Source of the DNA: Bigelowiella natans CCMP2755
Taxonomy: Eukaryota > Protista > Cercozoa
Assembly (NCBI GenBank): GCA_000320545.1
Contig: ADNK01001727.1
Span: forward strand, 1-64,000
DNA: 64,000 nucleotides
Direction: 5' to 3'
Below, in pieces: positions 51,601-64,000 of the stretch (positions are counted from its first letter, which is position 1; each line of letters opens with the position of its first letter). The notes under the pieces were generated by a model. It worked only from the letters and a program-made list of their open reading frames with translations. It was not told the DNA's origin and searched no databases. The position numbers and the translations under genes were made by a program.

Positions 51601-53177
51601 CTTGTAGATCTATCATATTTTCACCAATGCATCTTTAATATGCCGACGTCGCTTTCGTCGCCTGAAATTTTTTCATCATAACTTCTATTTGAATAAGTAA
51701 TATCTTTGAGGAGTGGTGTCATATCGGTGGAGGTTGAGGGATATATTTTGCCAAAATATTCATGCATGATACTAGATTATCTAGCCTACAATAATTAATG
51801 TTTCATATGTTGAAATGCCTTATCTAAGTCAACGTTCTCCTGATTTATTTGTCGTTTTATTCGCAATACATACATAGTCTTTAGAAAATCTTCAAGAAGC
51901 AATTGAGAGCTGGACATCATCGCCTGATGTTGCCATCTAATGACCTCATGAAATGGAGATTGCGGTTTTAGCTCATGATAATCGATTTTTACCTGCATGC
52001 AATTGTCAGCATGTCATTTTTGTTTATTGCGTGATATATGTTGTTGATCACAGGCAACCTTTTAACGAAATATGCGTGGTAATGTGCGCACATGGTCAGC
52101 GAGATATGATATTTCCAAAGTCAAGAACTACACTTTCCAGTTAATTATGTGTTGATTTGAATCGAACACTGCGCACTATAGCGCACGCTAATTAGCTCCT
52201 CTAGTGCTGCATAAAATGCGTGCGTATGTGTAGTAGTACGATGAGAGGCGTCACATGAATAAGCAGAAATCGCGCGTACTAATGATACTATATAGCCTTA
52301 TAGGGCTATAGAGCGTATCGGGTCGAAGGCATACACATGTTCTCTAAGAAGACATATATCAGGTTTCATTTTAGATGTCTAGATATGAAACTACTACATG
52401 TGTTTGTACGTGTGCACGCTGCTTAGTCTTATAGGGCTCTAGCTAGCTAGGGCTATAGAATACTGTGCAGGCAATCTGCGCTAGTGTGGTATAAAGTGCA
52501 CAAACAACGACACCAAGGCATGATTGCAGACATGGCAACATGATGTGCAATGCTAAACTAGTAAATGCACATTGTGCATGCATGTCACGTTGATGTCTGT
52601 TGTCACAAATTACATGTTCATGTAGACAAAGTGTGCATAACGCAATGTACATGTCATTACGTTTGAGTGATCATTGTGCACAACATGTCACGTTGTCCAT
52701 CGATCATCATGCAATCTTCGGTCTTGCGCGGCTACTGAAACACGAGAGATGTGTGCAGTTTATCTAGTAGTAGTTGAAGCAAAATTGCGATAACACGCAC
52801 TCTAAAACCACTATGTGTGCTATCGTCACAGCCCATGCATGCCAGCATGAAGTGTACGTACGTGTACAAACATCTAGACATTGCCGCGAACACACAGCAT
52901 GCTAGAAAGTGAATAGACATGACCATGCATAGTGCCGCATGCATGCTTGCACATCTCTATCTATAATGAACGCTGCCGTGTACTGTGTACTAGGTATAGC
53001 TCAAATGAGCTGATAGTACGTACATACAGCTGCTGTGACGACGTACGTACAAGATAGTCGCCGACAGGCGTAGGCTTAAACATTACAATGCATGCATTGT
53101 GGCTCTTCTATGTTCATTTATTAATGGCAGTGATTAGATAACTCTTGTAGCAAAGCTACTCCACCAGAATCCATACT

Positions 53178-53851
53178 TTAATTGGAGTTTGTTAGTTTTC
53201 CTTCCTTTGTGACAGCCGTACTGAAAGTCTCCACTCGCACGGAAGGCTTTGCGAAAGCCTACGTAACACAGAAAATAATAGTTATATAGTATACTTACAT
53301 ACAATACAAACACTATCATAGAAAAACAGACACGTACAAATGTTACATTGTTAGCGTTATATGTTCTGTCTTTTATGGAAAGGTGCAAATATAGCAAACT
53401 TGAGTCGGAAATGAATGATTCGTTCTATCTGATGTATGTTGTTGAAGTAGAAATAGTAATTACTGACCTCTTTAGGAAGCGCATTTCCATTGACGCTAAT
53501 GTTGACAGGATTTGACACGGTGACGCAAGGATATACTCTCTCTTTGAATTCATTTACTGATTTGCGACTTAGGTTCTACAATATAGCAATGAGAAGGAAG
53601 AAGTACCTTGTTAAATTTTTACTAGTCGTTTGGAAGAAATGATGAAAGAGTATTTGAAGTGTTGTTCGTAATACCGGGCGATTGACATAGATAACATCGC
53701 CTATCTTGATATATTCCCTCAGAGAAGACACTACGTCGTAGATAGAAACCACAAACCTACCATCCGCAATTGTAACGACGCAACCATCATAATAGCAACA
53801 CATCACACCAATCATTTATACTGTGAATGCTAACCAAAGGTTTACTGTTAT

Positions 53852-53886
<35 letters not shown>

Positions 53887-54124
53887 ATCAAAGGTTTACT
53901 GCTATTGCTGCTGCTACTACTACTACTACAAGGTTTACTGTTATTGCTACTACTACTACTACTACTACTACTACCACGTATCCTACTTCATCATCATTTC
54001 GTAAAAAGAATTATAATAAATGTCATTATCACCAGAAAGCATTACCACCATTACCACCATTATCATCATTATCATCATCCGTTGTACTACATTTTACTTA
54101 TTCGAATGCTATCACTACTACCAT

Positions 54125-54158
<34 letters not shown>

Positions 54159-54247
54159 GCACTGCTACTACTAGTACTGTTGATATTACATGTTGTTTTT
54201 TTTGTCCATGACAATGAAAGATACGGGTACACTCTCGGGTCTGAGTA

Positions 54248-54283
<36 letters not shown>

Positions 54284-54306
54284 TCAAGAACACATACGCA
54301 CACACA

Positions 54307-54385
<79 letters not shown>

Positions 54386-54447
54386 TAGCAGCAGCAAAGT
54401 TGAGACGACAACAGACAGAATAGCATTTAGCAGAGGATGCTATCGGT

Positions 54448-54481
<34 letters not shown>

Positions 54482-55462
54482 CTCGTGACTGGGGACACAG
54501 TTACACCAACCAGGAAAGTGTCTTTGTTTTCCCCATTTTCCAATTCATCAAGCTCCACACGTTTTGAATTCCTGTAGTCGGAGTAATAACGGGTGGTCAG
54601 GGATTCGGACGAATGCAAAACCAGGCAATAAAACAAAGTATGATAGCGATTACTATTTACACAATATTATTCAAACTCACACTCACAAGCAGCAGGGAAA
54701 AACACGAAAGCCGACAGTTGACTACATATTCTTGCACCTCTTCATTATGGTTTTTGAGGTGTTATTGTGCTATTGCCATAATTATGCTTCTTGCTCTTCT
54801 TTCTCTACTCGTTTCACTTCTTCTTCTCTCCTCTTTTTGATTCTTCTTCTTGACACTACTCACTTTATTTGACAGTTTTCGGGAATGACTGATGCAAGCT
54901 TGGCCAACTTTTTACCCTTTCCGATGATACAAACACACGCGCGCACGCACACACGCAAATATAAGCTTGAAGAAACAGAAAATTAAAATGAGATATCCAT
55001 GCGGATAGATACTATTCACAAACCAATATGTTTGAAAGCAAGTATGAGAAAGAGAGAGAGAGAGAGAGAGGGAGGGGGGGGGAGGGATGGGGGAAAGAGA
55101 GGTAACACTTTTTAAAACTTGAGTATCATACGAATAATTATTGCTATTGCCACCTTTATTCCATTTCTTGTCGCTACTAGTTTGGCGAGTTTGGTGACAA
55201 ACCTGCAGACAACATCAACATATGATGAGACATTAAGCCAACAGAATGCCAGGAATAACTAATAAGAAGCTATATTTTCGTAAAATAATTCGTTGATCCC
55301 AAAAAAAGAGATGTTACATGATATTATATGGCTGCAGCATCCACCTGTTGATATTGTCGATTTGGTCTTGACCTGGTAGCTGCGGGTCCAAGGCAATAGC
55401 CTTTTTATAACCATCAATAGCTTCCTGGAAATTCTCGTAGTACCTATTGTTGTTGTTAAAAC

Positions 55463-55510
<48 letters not shown>

Positions 55511-56453
55511 AGCAGGCTATAGGAAGTACGTATCCTAAGGCAATAAATTGAAGGAGATAGTTATTCCGGACTTGTTCTTTCGGAACTATCATCATCTACT
55601 GACGCACTTCAGTACTTGCTCTCATAAAATAGTTGCTATGAGATGATTTGCACTAGACAATTAATTTTAGGAAATTATTGTTTACTTGTAAACATTGGCT
55701 CGATTGTAATAGAGATCTGGCTTCTTATTAGCCGAGTCGACAGTACTTTTCTCAGCAGCCTATATTATAAAAAGTAGTATCAGCAGTAAGTAACCCTTCT
55801 AGATACATGATGAGTAGCATCAGTTAGTGGTTGTTACACCGACTGTTCTGTCGTTCTACGTAGCATAGCCCTTGGGAAAGTGTTTAAAATTCAAATAAAC
55901 AGAAACATTGTTTATATCTCACATCTCCTTTCTCACCTCGTAAGCTTTGAGACACCCTTCAAGATCCGAAGTGGCGAAGGTTGTGAAGAAAGTCATCATA
56001 TATGCGTTTCCAAGGATGTACCACTTTAAAAAAAGTTGGAAGTCATCATATTTGCGTTTCCAAGGATGTAACACTTTAGAAAAGAAGGGTAAATGAAAAA
56101 CCAACCAATCTCACAACAAGGCTAAAATTAACCTTTAAGGAGTTTATAAATTTAATTAAATGTAAACGTTTTGCATACAGATTCTCCATCCTTAACATCA
56201 AGAGCAATTGCCCTCTTCGCAAGCTTAATACTCTCCGCAAGTCTAGATCGTTTCCTGAAATGAGTGAGAATTGAATATGCACATTTCTAATACCGACATT
56301 ATATACACATTTTCACACTTTCCCGCAAGTGGTAGTTACCGCGATTTCAAATGATTTATACATTACATGTATTGAAATAGCTATATGATTTTACATTATT
56401 TACATGTAATGGATTATAGATCTCAACAACATATTTAGATTGTAGTGCATACG

Positions 56454-56487
<34 letters not shown>

Positions 56488-57272
56488 GTGTGTGTGTGTG
56501 AGTGTGTGAAGGTGCATACATAATAGTTATGGTATAATGTAATATATTATATATATTAATAAAAATATTAGTATCTATATTTATATACTAATTATTCCGG
56601 ATACTTACACCTATACCACACAAACAAATACATACACAAAAAACATACGCCACAGCATGCATATTTAGGAGAATATTTGCTACATTTATGAATTTATTAA
56701 TCTTCCTGTACGCACGTGTCCTCTTCACCAAAGTTGCGAATGACCATCGATAGTTTCCGAAGAGATACCTGACGTGGCATATTAGGCCATTTTTTGGAGG
56801 GTATTTTGGATTGTCTACCTTATTTTCTTGCTGCTCGATTGCTCCTCGAAAGCAGTCACCAGCAGCCTTCAAATCTTTTTTCTTCCAGTACCTGTTTAAT
56901 CAAATTTTACCATATATAAAAAAGTACTGCAGCTCATTTGAGGATTGATAATTACTCTGTTCCTAGACAATTCCAAGCTTCTACAAGTCCGGGCTCAAGC
57001 TTTATAGCTTTTGTCAGGTGTTCTTCAGCTTCGGCTGTGTGTTCCGGTAAGGAGCCATATGCACGCCCCTTCCAGCAGGCACTCATTGCTTTCTGCGCGG
57101 CAGTTTTTTGATCCATAGCATCAACTTTCTTACAGATTTGGGATATAAGTTTGTTCATCCGGCGGATTTTTTCCTTGTGTGAAAGCGAGTACTGTTTATT
57201 AAGCTTATCGAGCTTTTCAAGCATCTTCCCAATAGCTTCTGCATTCCCATCTGGTGCCTCTACAGTCGACAT
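53178..57272 (-). CDS. TTC5: Tetratricopeptide repeat protein 5 homolog (TPR repeats plus C-terminal OB domain)
   Basis: KGRAYGSLPEHTAEAEEHLTKAIKLEPGLVEAWNCLG..YWKKKDLKAAGDCFRGA, ALDVKDGES|WYILGNAY, PDLYYNRA, A(I)ALDP, and an OB-like segment FVVSIYD..IGDVIYVNRP all match the TTC5 layout. Confidence 0.88.
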
Positions 57273-58446
57273 ATTTTGAGGATAGATTCCTTTTCAAATC
57301 AGCATTGTTAAAAAAAGGTGGACTCAGTAAAGAGAATATGTGACGTCTATGTGATCATCATCCATGGGTCGGGAAATGTCATCACGAAGAAGAAACACAG
57401 TCTGAAGAAATTGAATCGTATTCGATTGAGGACTCTAAGTGAGCATATACGCCATTGATACAGATGTTTCGTCTTCCAAAAGGTGCCGTGGAAACCATTC
57501 TGACCCGGCAGCGGTTTCATGAAAGTGCTCACCGGGTGATGCTCTATGGTTGAGGTATGCGTGTGTGTGTGGAAACTACGAAAAGCGTTTTGTTTTCTGA
57601 AGACTTTTCAGGCACAAAACAACAGCCAAATGTTTACATGCTCAGATAATTTACTCCTTATTCATCGTCAATTTCATGTCTTCTTACGAATTATTGCTAC
57701 TTTTTGATGATTCGGAAAAACTATGGAGGAAAATACGAGCTGTATCGAATCCAACCCTTCCGATTTCTTCCCGCCAATTAATTACCCTGACAACTACAAG
57801 GCTATATTCTTGTGTAGACAAAGAAATTTGAGCACATTTGTGTTTTAAACGCAACAGCCGAGAAGGATAGGAGCAGAAAAGAGAAATTTAGAAATTTGAA
57901 AGGTTCAAAAGCACGTTGGTACTTCCTGCTCTCCCCGCCAACTCCGATTTTCGTGCAAAATTCTACATAAACCTCGAAGAAACCTCTGTGAGGCATTTTA
58001 AAATGTTCCGAGAATGAGATGAGAATTAGCTTCTTCCTCCTTCCTCCGGTCTGAGATTCTGACATTTCGCCTTAGACCAACCCATTCCTAAGAACTTACG
58101 CAATTTTCTTGGAGTTGAGCGTTTGGAATGCATTATTCCATTATTCCTCGTCGCACCCAGGGAAAACACACGGATTTCATAGGATTTTTGGCCAATTTAA
58201 GTTTTCTTCTTTCCATATGTCGCTTTTTTTTATGTCAAAAAGCAGTCATGCTTCTAGGTAGTCGCTACCAAACGAGTTTATTTGAAAACAGTGATAATTG
58301 ATTATGTCTCTTACTAAAATACAATGCGTAAATCGCATACAGAATAACTTTTGAGGAAACATGACCGGCAGTTGGGTCTGAAAAGGAAGTTCGTGTTCTA
58401 CCTCAAAGCACGGTCGATCGAAGTCCCTAAATTTGGGGACCTGACT

Positions 58447-59087
58447 ATGGGATCCGGTGCTTACAGTTCTGCTACAATAACAACAGGCGTTGGAAGGAGT
58501 GCCATAGCTGAGAGTAATATGCAATCCTTTGGTGAGGCGAACTCTATCGAGGCATCTTTTCCATCTCCTCAATCGCCTTGCCAGCCTGTCACAAACACTC
58601 CAGCTTCAAGTTCTTACTCCAGCAGTAGAAGGACCCCCCCTCATAATCGTGTAGCAAAACTGGGATTGAAGTTTAGGCCTGGAAAGACATCACCAATAGC
58701 AATTTCGGAGAAAAGGATTTCTGTTAATGTTCAAAGTACTCCATTCAATACCCCTTCCCCCATACCTTCACCAATTGTTTGCGCTGAATTGAAGAAAAAG
58801 AAGAATCCAGTGCATTACCGCTACTCAGTAGTTAATAGATCCCGACCTTTACGTTCGTTCTCTAATCATAAGAGAACTGCCGTCAACAAAAATAAAGCAA
58901 TAGGAGTTGTTAAGTCAAACAACATCTCGTGCTCGCGCTCGCTTTCTTTCACGGCTTCCTCCTCTCATAACGCAAACAATACTGGGAGTAGTAACATGGA
59001 AACCAAAACGAAGAGCAAACATTTAGAATCGAAGTTGCACAAAGTGGGATCTATTACTAGTGCAGCTACTTCTCCACAATTTGAACA

Positions 59088-59118
<31 letters not shown>

Positions 59119-60776
59119 ACCGTGTTCAAGGAGGACACCTGTGGCCAGCTATCTCCACCCCTTCATTATAGCGAGTACAAAGAGAAAAGCCCGTGGAGAC
59201 GAACATCAGCATCTGAGGGACTTAATGGATTTTCAGTCGAGGAGACCCTGTGCCAGACTGTTATGGGAAGTGGTACTTACCATACACCTGTAGTTCGATC
59301 GATCTTCGCACGAATCTTAAAATGTATTCTTCCATGGTTTCTGTACCCATATAATGATAACGACATGGCAAAGCAACTGTCCTTTAATTGTATAAAAAAG
59401 TCATTGTTTATGTATTTTCAACTTAGTAAAAAAATGTTACCGTATCTCGGACGGCTTGGAGTGTATCCTTAAGGTTTCTCGCGTTAACCGTGGGCCGAGA
59501 GATAGTACCATTGAGAACCCAGCAATGGAGGTAAAATGCACTACCAAATACAATGAATGCTTGTGCATGTATTTTTGTACAACTAAAAATTTTTGAAAAT
59601 GGTGCATGTATTTGTGTACAACTAAAGATTCTTTGAAAATGGTGACAAATTTGCAAGCAGTTACAGACTAGAAACTCGAATACATTGGATGCATGAAGAA
59701 ACCAACCCTTCCTCTTGCGAATCTTGTTTTCATTGCTTATTCTCACTGTCTGAGGCAATTTCGTAGCCGAGCTTGTATCTTGTGTATATCGCTAGTTATT
59801 AGCTAAATCGCACGATGATTAATTAAATGATTAGGTGGAAGCTCTGAAGAAACTAGGATCTTGCCATGATAGCAAGATTGTAGCCCATTCCAACATCATA
59901 AGGCTGGTCCATCATGTAGAGCGGCCCGGTGCTGTTTGGGCTGTGATGGAGTATGCGACTGCTGGCGAGTTGTTTGATTTTGTATCGGCTCAAGGGGCAC
60001 TGAAAGAAGCAGAAGCTCGAGACATCCTAAGGCAGTGTGCAGGAGCTGTTGCTTTTATGCATGAGAGGGGCATCGCGCATCTAGATCTCAGCCTCGAAAA
60101 TATTTTAATGCATCGCACATACGATGGGAAGGTAATTCCAAAGATTATCGATTTTGGCATGTCGCAGGAGATCAAGAAACTGCCACCTCGTTGTTCCTCC
60201 CCCCCCTCCTCCCCAACTTCTTCGAATGCTGGTGCTGTCAACGTATCTAGTTCTGGGGCTACTGTGCCTTCTTCTCTGAAGACTAATAGTGTGTCTACCG
60301 CCTCTCCTTGTGGAGGGTTTCATCATCAGCATCAGCATCACCATAACCACCATCATCTTCACGATGCTTCTGTTCGACGCCCGGGAAAGCCTTCATACAT
60401 GGCCCCGGAGATTTACGCTGGTGACAAATTCAATCCCCAAAAGGCAGACGCTTTCAGTCTAGGAGTTGTCCATTTTGTCATGCTAACAGGAGTCCCGCCC
60501 TTTCGACTTGCAACTCCTCACGACAAAAGATTCAAGTTTGTCGTAGGAAGTGAAAAGCGCATTCACCGTATCTGTGAGAAATGGAAGAGGCCAATTACAA
60601 AAGAATCCGCCCGGTTTCTGGCCAAACTGGTTTCTTATGCGACGAATAGACTAACTGTACAGGAAATGGTCAAGACGGACTATATGATTACGGCATCGAA
60701 CAATAACTCTTCAAAACCACATATTCTTGGTGGGGGGGAAGGAGAAGGAGTGGGAGAAGGAGGACGGGGGAAATAG
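58447..60776 (+). CDS. Ser/Thr protein kinase (CAMK-like, HLDLSLEN type) with a long low-complexity N-terminus; exons 58447-59272, 59427-59530, 59835-60776
   Basis: The spliced N-lobe reads FSVEETLCQTVMGSVKKCYRISDGLECILKVS..IENPAMEVEAL. Further motifs: HSNIIRL, VMEYATAGELFDFV, AHLDLSLENIL, KIIDFG, GKPSYMAPE, DAFSLGV. Confidence 0.9.
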
Positions 60777-62351
60777 GATTAGATATCAAGGCTTTTTCGC
60801 TAAAAAATATCTGACTGTTCAGTTCCAGAATTTTACTACTTCCCCCTTCTTCAACAACAATTATCCCGTGTAGATTGATGTATAGCCAAATTTGTATGTA
60901 AAATACAAACACACACACACACACACACTAATATAGAAGTAAACTAAGAAGAAAAATTAGAAATTAGATAAAAAAATAAAGTGTCTCACGAGCCTAAGAC
61001 ATTAAGCACATAAATTGTACAAATACTGGAATATTAACATCAGCCTTATTTTGTTCAAATTCTAGAAAATCGACACCAGCTTTATTTGTACTTTGTAAAG
61101 GCACACAAATTAACAATCGCTAGTGTCCATTCTTATTGTTTCACCTTTATCGCCGTAATTGTATTGATAATCAATCTTGGTGTAGGAGATACTACTTATT
61201 CTTTTCCCCATCAATGGAAGGTAGTAGTAGCATATGGAGAAGTAGTGTAGTTCAGCCTCCTGCTATCTGCTCATAGTTTTCATAGAATTTTACTCTGCTA
61301 TTGGTAACAAGCATGTCAAGTCTCGTATACAGAATACTGTACATCCAAATTATCAGCGGTGGAAAATAAAGAGATAGGGAGGCACAGACAGATATAGCAC
61401 TGATAGTAGCTGGAATAAGTGCATTTAAAATAAGAGCAATCACTATGATCTCGATTCTTTGAAACGAGGCTACAATTGCGAGGCAGGGATGATATGTATA
61501 GGCCCTTAATCTCTAGCGTGCAGGTGCGATTGAACATATCGCAATAGAATGAATTGCGATAGACAATGTTCAATTATGATATGTATTTACACTTAAAAAG
61601 CACATAATAGCATCATTTACAAGGGAGCAGCCATAATAACTTTCCACCTTGTCCAAATGTGCGGATAGCTAAACTAGTAATAGTTATGCTGCAGTGAAAT
61701 CTCTAGATCTCGCGACCTGATGCCTGCGTAGAATCGCATTTGTTCTAGCGTACGAAATCAACAGAGGGCTATGGTTATCCCTAGTGTAGTTTGATAGCTG
61801 CAGATGGCATGCACGTACGACTATTCGCTGCGCTTCACATGATCATGCACATTGCACTTGACCACAGATGTGTGTCTAGCTAGCTAGCTAGCTAGCTAGC
61901 GTAAGCTTGTGTATTTTTCCATCAGTCTAGCAGCAGTGCCGCAGCCCTTCGAGCCTGTATTTGTATTCTACTTGACATTGCGAAAAGTTATACATTGCGA
62001 TCGATAGTCTAAGTCTAGAAGTTATGTGCCAAATTTAACGCAAAAAAAATTTCATCTGTCTAGCTGTACTATAGCATCTAGCTAGATACACCTAGAGACA
62101 CATGTAATTATCATGCAAGGTATTTCTTCAAATTTTTCGTGGGCGCATGTCTAGATGTACGTGTGATGCCCTGGCTGGTCGACTGCTAGTAGCTGTTGTT
62201 TACCGACGACAAAATGATGAATCATTATTGTTAGCGGAACTCTATCAGCATTGGCACTGAACTAATCACTACTTCTAATTTTATGCCAATTCTTCTTTTC
62301 GCTACATGTTTGGTACTAAATGACTAAACTATTCTGATATTTGATTCCTCA

Positions 62352-63944
62352 CTAAGGTAGTTGGGAAGAAGGATCAAATTTAAACGAGAAAGACCTAATC
62401 GAATTGGCCTCATCCTCTCGCTCTTCTTCGTCATCGAGGGCAAAGGCATCAGCTGTCATTTTCATAGCTTTCTCGTGGCTAGCTGTTGCTGCGTTTAACA
62501 CATTATTGTGATTTTGCTCTTCCTCTCCCTCCTTATCACAAGAGGTAGTCGTAGTATTAGTAGTAGTAGCTATTGTCAGTACTTCACTTGACAAAGGACC
62601 ATCGATACCCGCCACCTTTATACTGCACAGCTCTATGCTGCTGGTATCCACGTTTGAGTTTTTGATGCTTGTAGTTATAGCGCGATGATGATCTAGATTA
62701 TTTTTGGTGTTATTATCGCTATTTAAAGTTTCTGAATCGTCATCATCGTTCTTCTTCTTCTTCCCTGCAGCTATAGCATTAGTCGAGGGATATATTACAA
62801 ACAAGGAGAGTTGGAACACAGCAAGCATTAGGCCAATGCCTGCAGAGAGGAGAAGGTAGGGATCGTTGATGCTGTGTGCAAGCGCTCCCCAAAAAAAGGA
62901 ATTCCCTAAGCACGTTAAGGACATCTTTAATGACATCACGTTTGCAGTTGATTTTTTCTTCACAACCTGATATAAGTAGACATTCTCTTTGAATTCGTTC
63001 ATATGTACTCACTAGTATCACCAATCTTACGATCGCATATTATTGTCCGTAGTATCAACACAACCAGTGATATTACCGTTGCAGCTTTGCTGAGAGGAGA
63101 TCCCAGCATGGCTACATAGACCAAATTTGCACATATCCCTGCAAAATGCAACCTCCGCTGCTTGCTACCTTGCTCATTATCATCAATTTTTCTATCTTCA
63201 TCATTTTCAACTTCGCTCTTGCCCCCATAGTAGTCGAGCCCCACTACATACATTCCGAGAGTAAGGATTGCAAGCAAAAACTGTCTTCTATGCTCCTTTG
63301 GTGTCTCGGAGTAGCGGAGAAATATCAGCGCATAGAACAGACAGAGTAATGATCCAGGCCCGTTTACAATCAGCATCTCGTTGTTTTCCGATATGATACC
63401 GTAGCTGAATCCGACTAGGTTAGGTAAGAAGATATTGAATAAAGCATCACGAGACTTTAAACCAAATCACCATTCCCCTCTATAAATGCAATCGTGTTCT
63501 GTTCCCAAATTCTAGGTTTAGAAATACTCTTGCACATTTTATTGTCCTTTCTCTGTACCAGCATTGTTGAGCAGCATTGCCAAAACCGACACGAATCCTA
63601 CGGTCGATCCTGCCGTGCTTCCACGTTGGATAATTTTCCAGACTTCAGGGATAGGAGTGGTCATCAGTACGCACGTTGAGGCAACCTAATGTTGTTGTAT
63701 ACGTCCTTGTTCATGTAGTATAAGACAATAATGATGATAATTCTTACAACTATTCATTTCACTTGTTGATGCTTCAGTCATCCCTATCCCCCACTCGCTC
63801 GCGTAAAATAATACTTGACCAATCCCCAAAAAGAAGAGGAGGGCTATTGTAGTACTGTAGTACCGCAAGGCTAGAGATGACGCCCCGGAGGCCATTCTCA
63901 TTGATTTTGGCGAATGTTTCCTCCAGATCCGATGATGTCATCAT
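62352..63944 (-). CDS. SWEET (MtN3/saliva) sugar transporter with a long acidic C-terminal tail
   Basis: Two MtN3 units: ISSLA|VASTCVLMTTPIPEVWKIIQRGST..YGIISENNEMLIVNGPG and VAMLGSPLSKAAT|VVKKKSTANVMSL..NSFFWG..NDPYLLLSAGIGLMLAVFQLSLFVIYP. The start at 63944 is inferred from splice phase. Confidence 0.88.
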
Positions 63945-64000
63945 ACCCGTGACGATGACGACAATACAGAACGCAGAGGAGGAGGAGGAGGAGGAGGAGG

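Noticed and set aside
53823-54426. Poly-Thr, poly-Leu and poly-Tyr ORFs
   Set aside because: They are translations of intronic (TAC)n, (CA)n and (GA)n microsatellites within TTC5.

Overview
This is the left end of a eukaryotic chromosome from an AT-rich, intron-dense protist with GT-AG introns full of microsatellites. A SAR lineage such as a chlorarachniophyte is my guess, not something the sequence demonstrates. In order it holds: a mixed CCCTAA/CCCGTA telomere (1-228); a giant minus-strand gene (~998-16608) whose exons splice into MGxxxS/PH + Ariadne-type RBR E3 ligase + RanBP2 zinc finger + NHL propellers + SPRY-like + jelly-roll + ARM-like regions; PDH E1 alpha; a GT61-like glycosyltransferase; an intact young Ty3/Gypsy LTR retrotransposon (22967-28682, identical 326-bp LTRs, ATGA target-site duplication); a BRI3/LITAF-like gene; a small basic ORF; a kinesin; an unresolved plus-strand gene; TTC5; an HLDLSLEN-type Ser/Thr kinase; and a SWEET transporter. 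Three signals stand out. (1) Intergenic tracts downstream of genes are stripped of TpA, with none in 567 bp right of the retrotransposon and survivors almost only in CTA/TAG context, suggesting a RIP-like TpA->TpG/CpA hypermutation process. (2) The Gypsy integrase has a short DD27E core and ends in a degenerate DIRS/Dam-like adenine-methyltransferase-like domain, and the element sits inside the most TpA-depleted tract. (3) The subtelomeric RBR ligase has an unusual nested domain architecture. All exon joins, motif calls and dinucleotide counts were made by eye.
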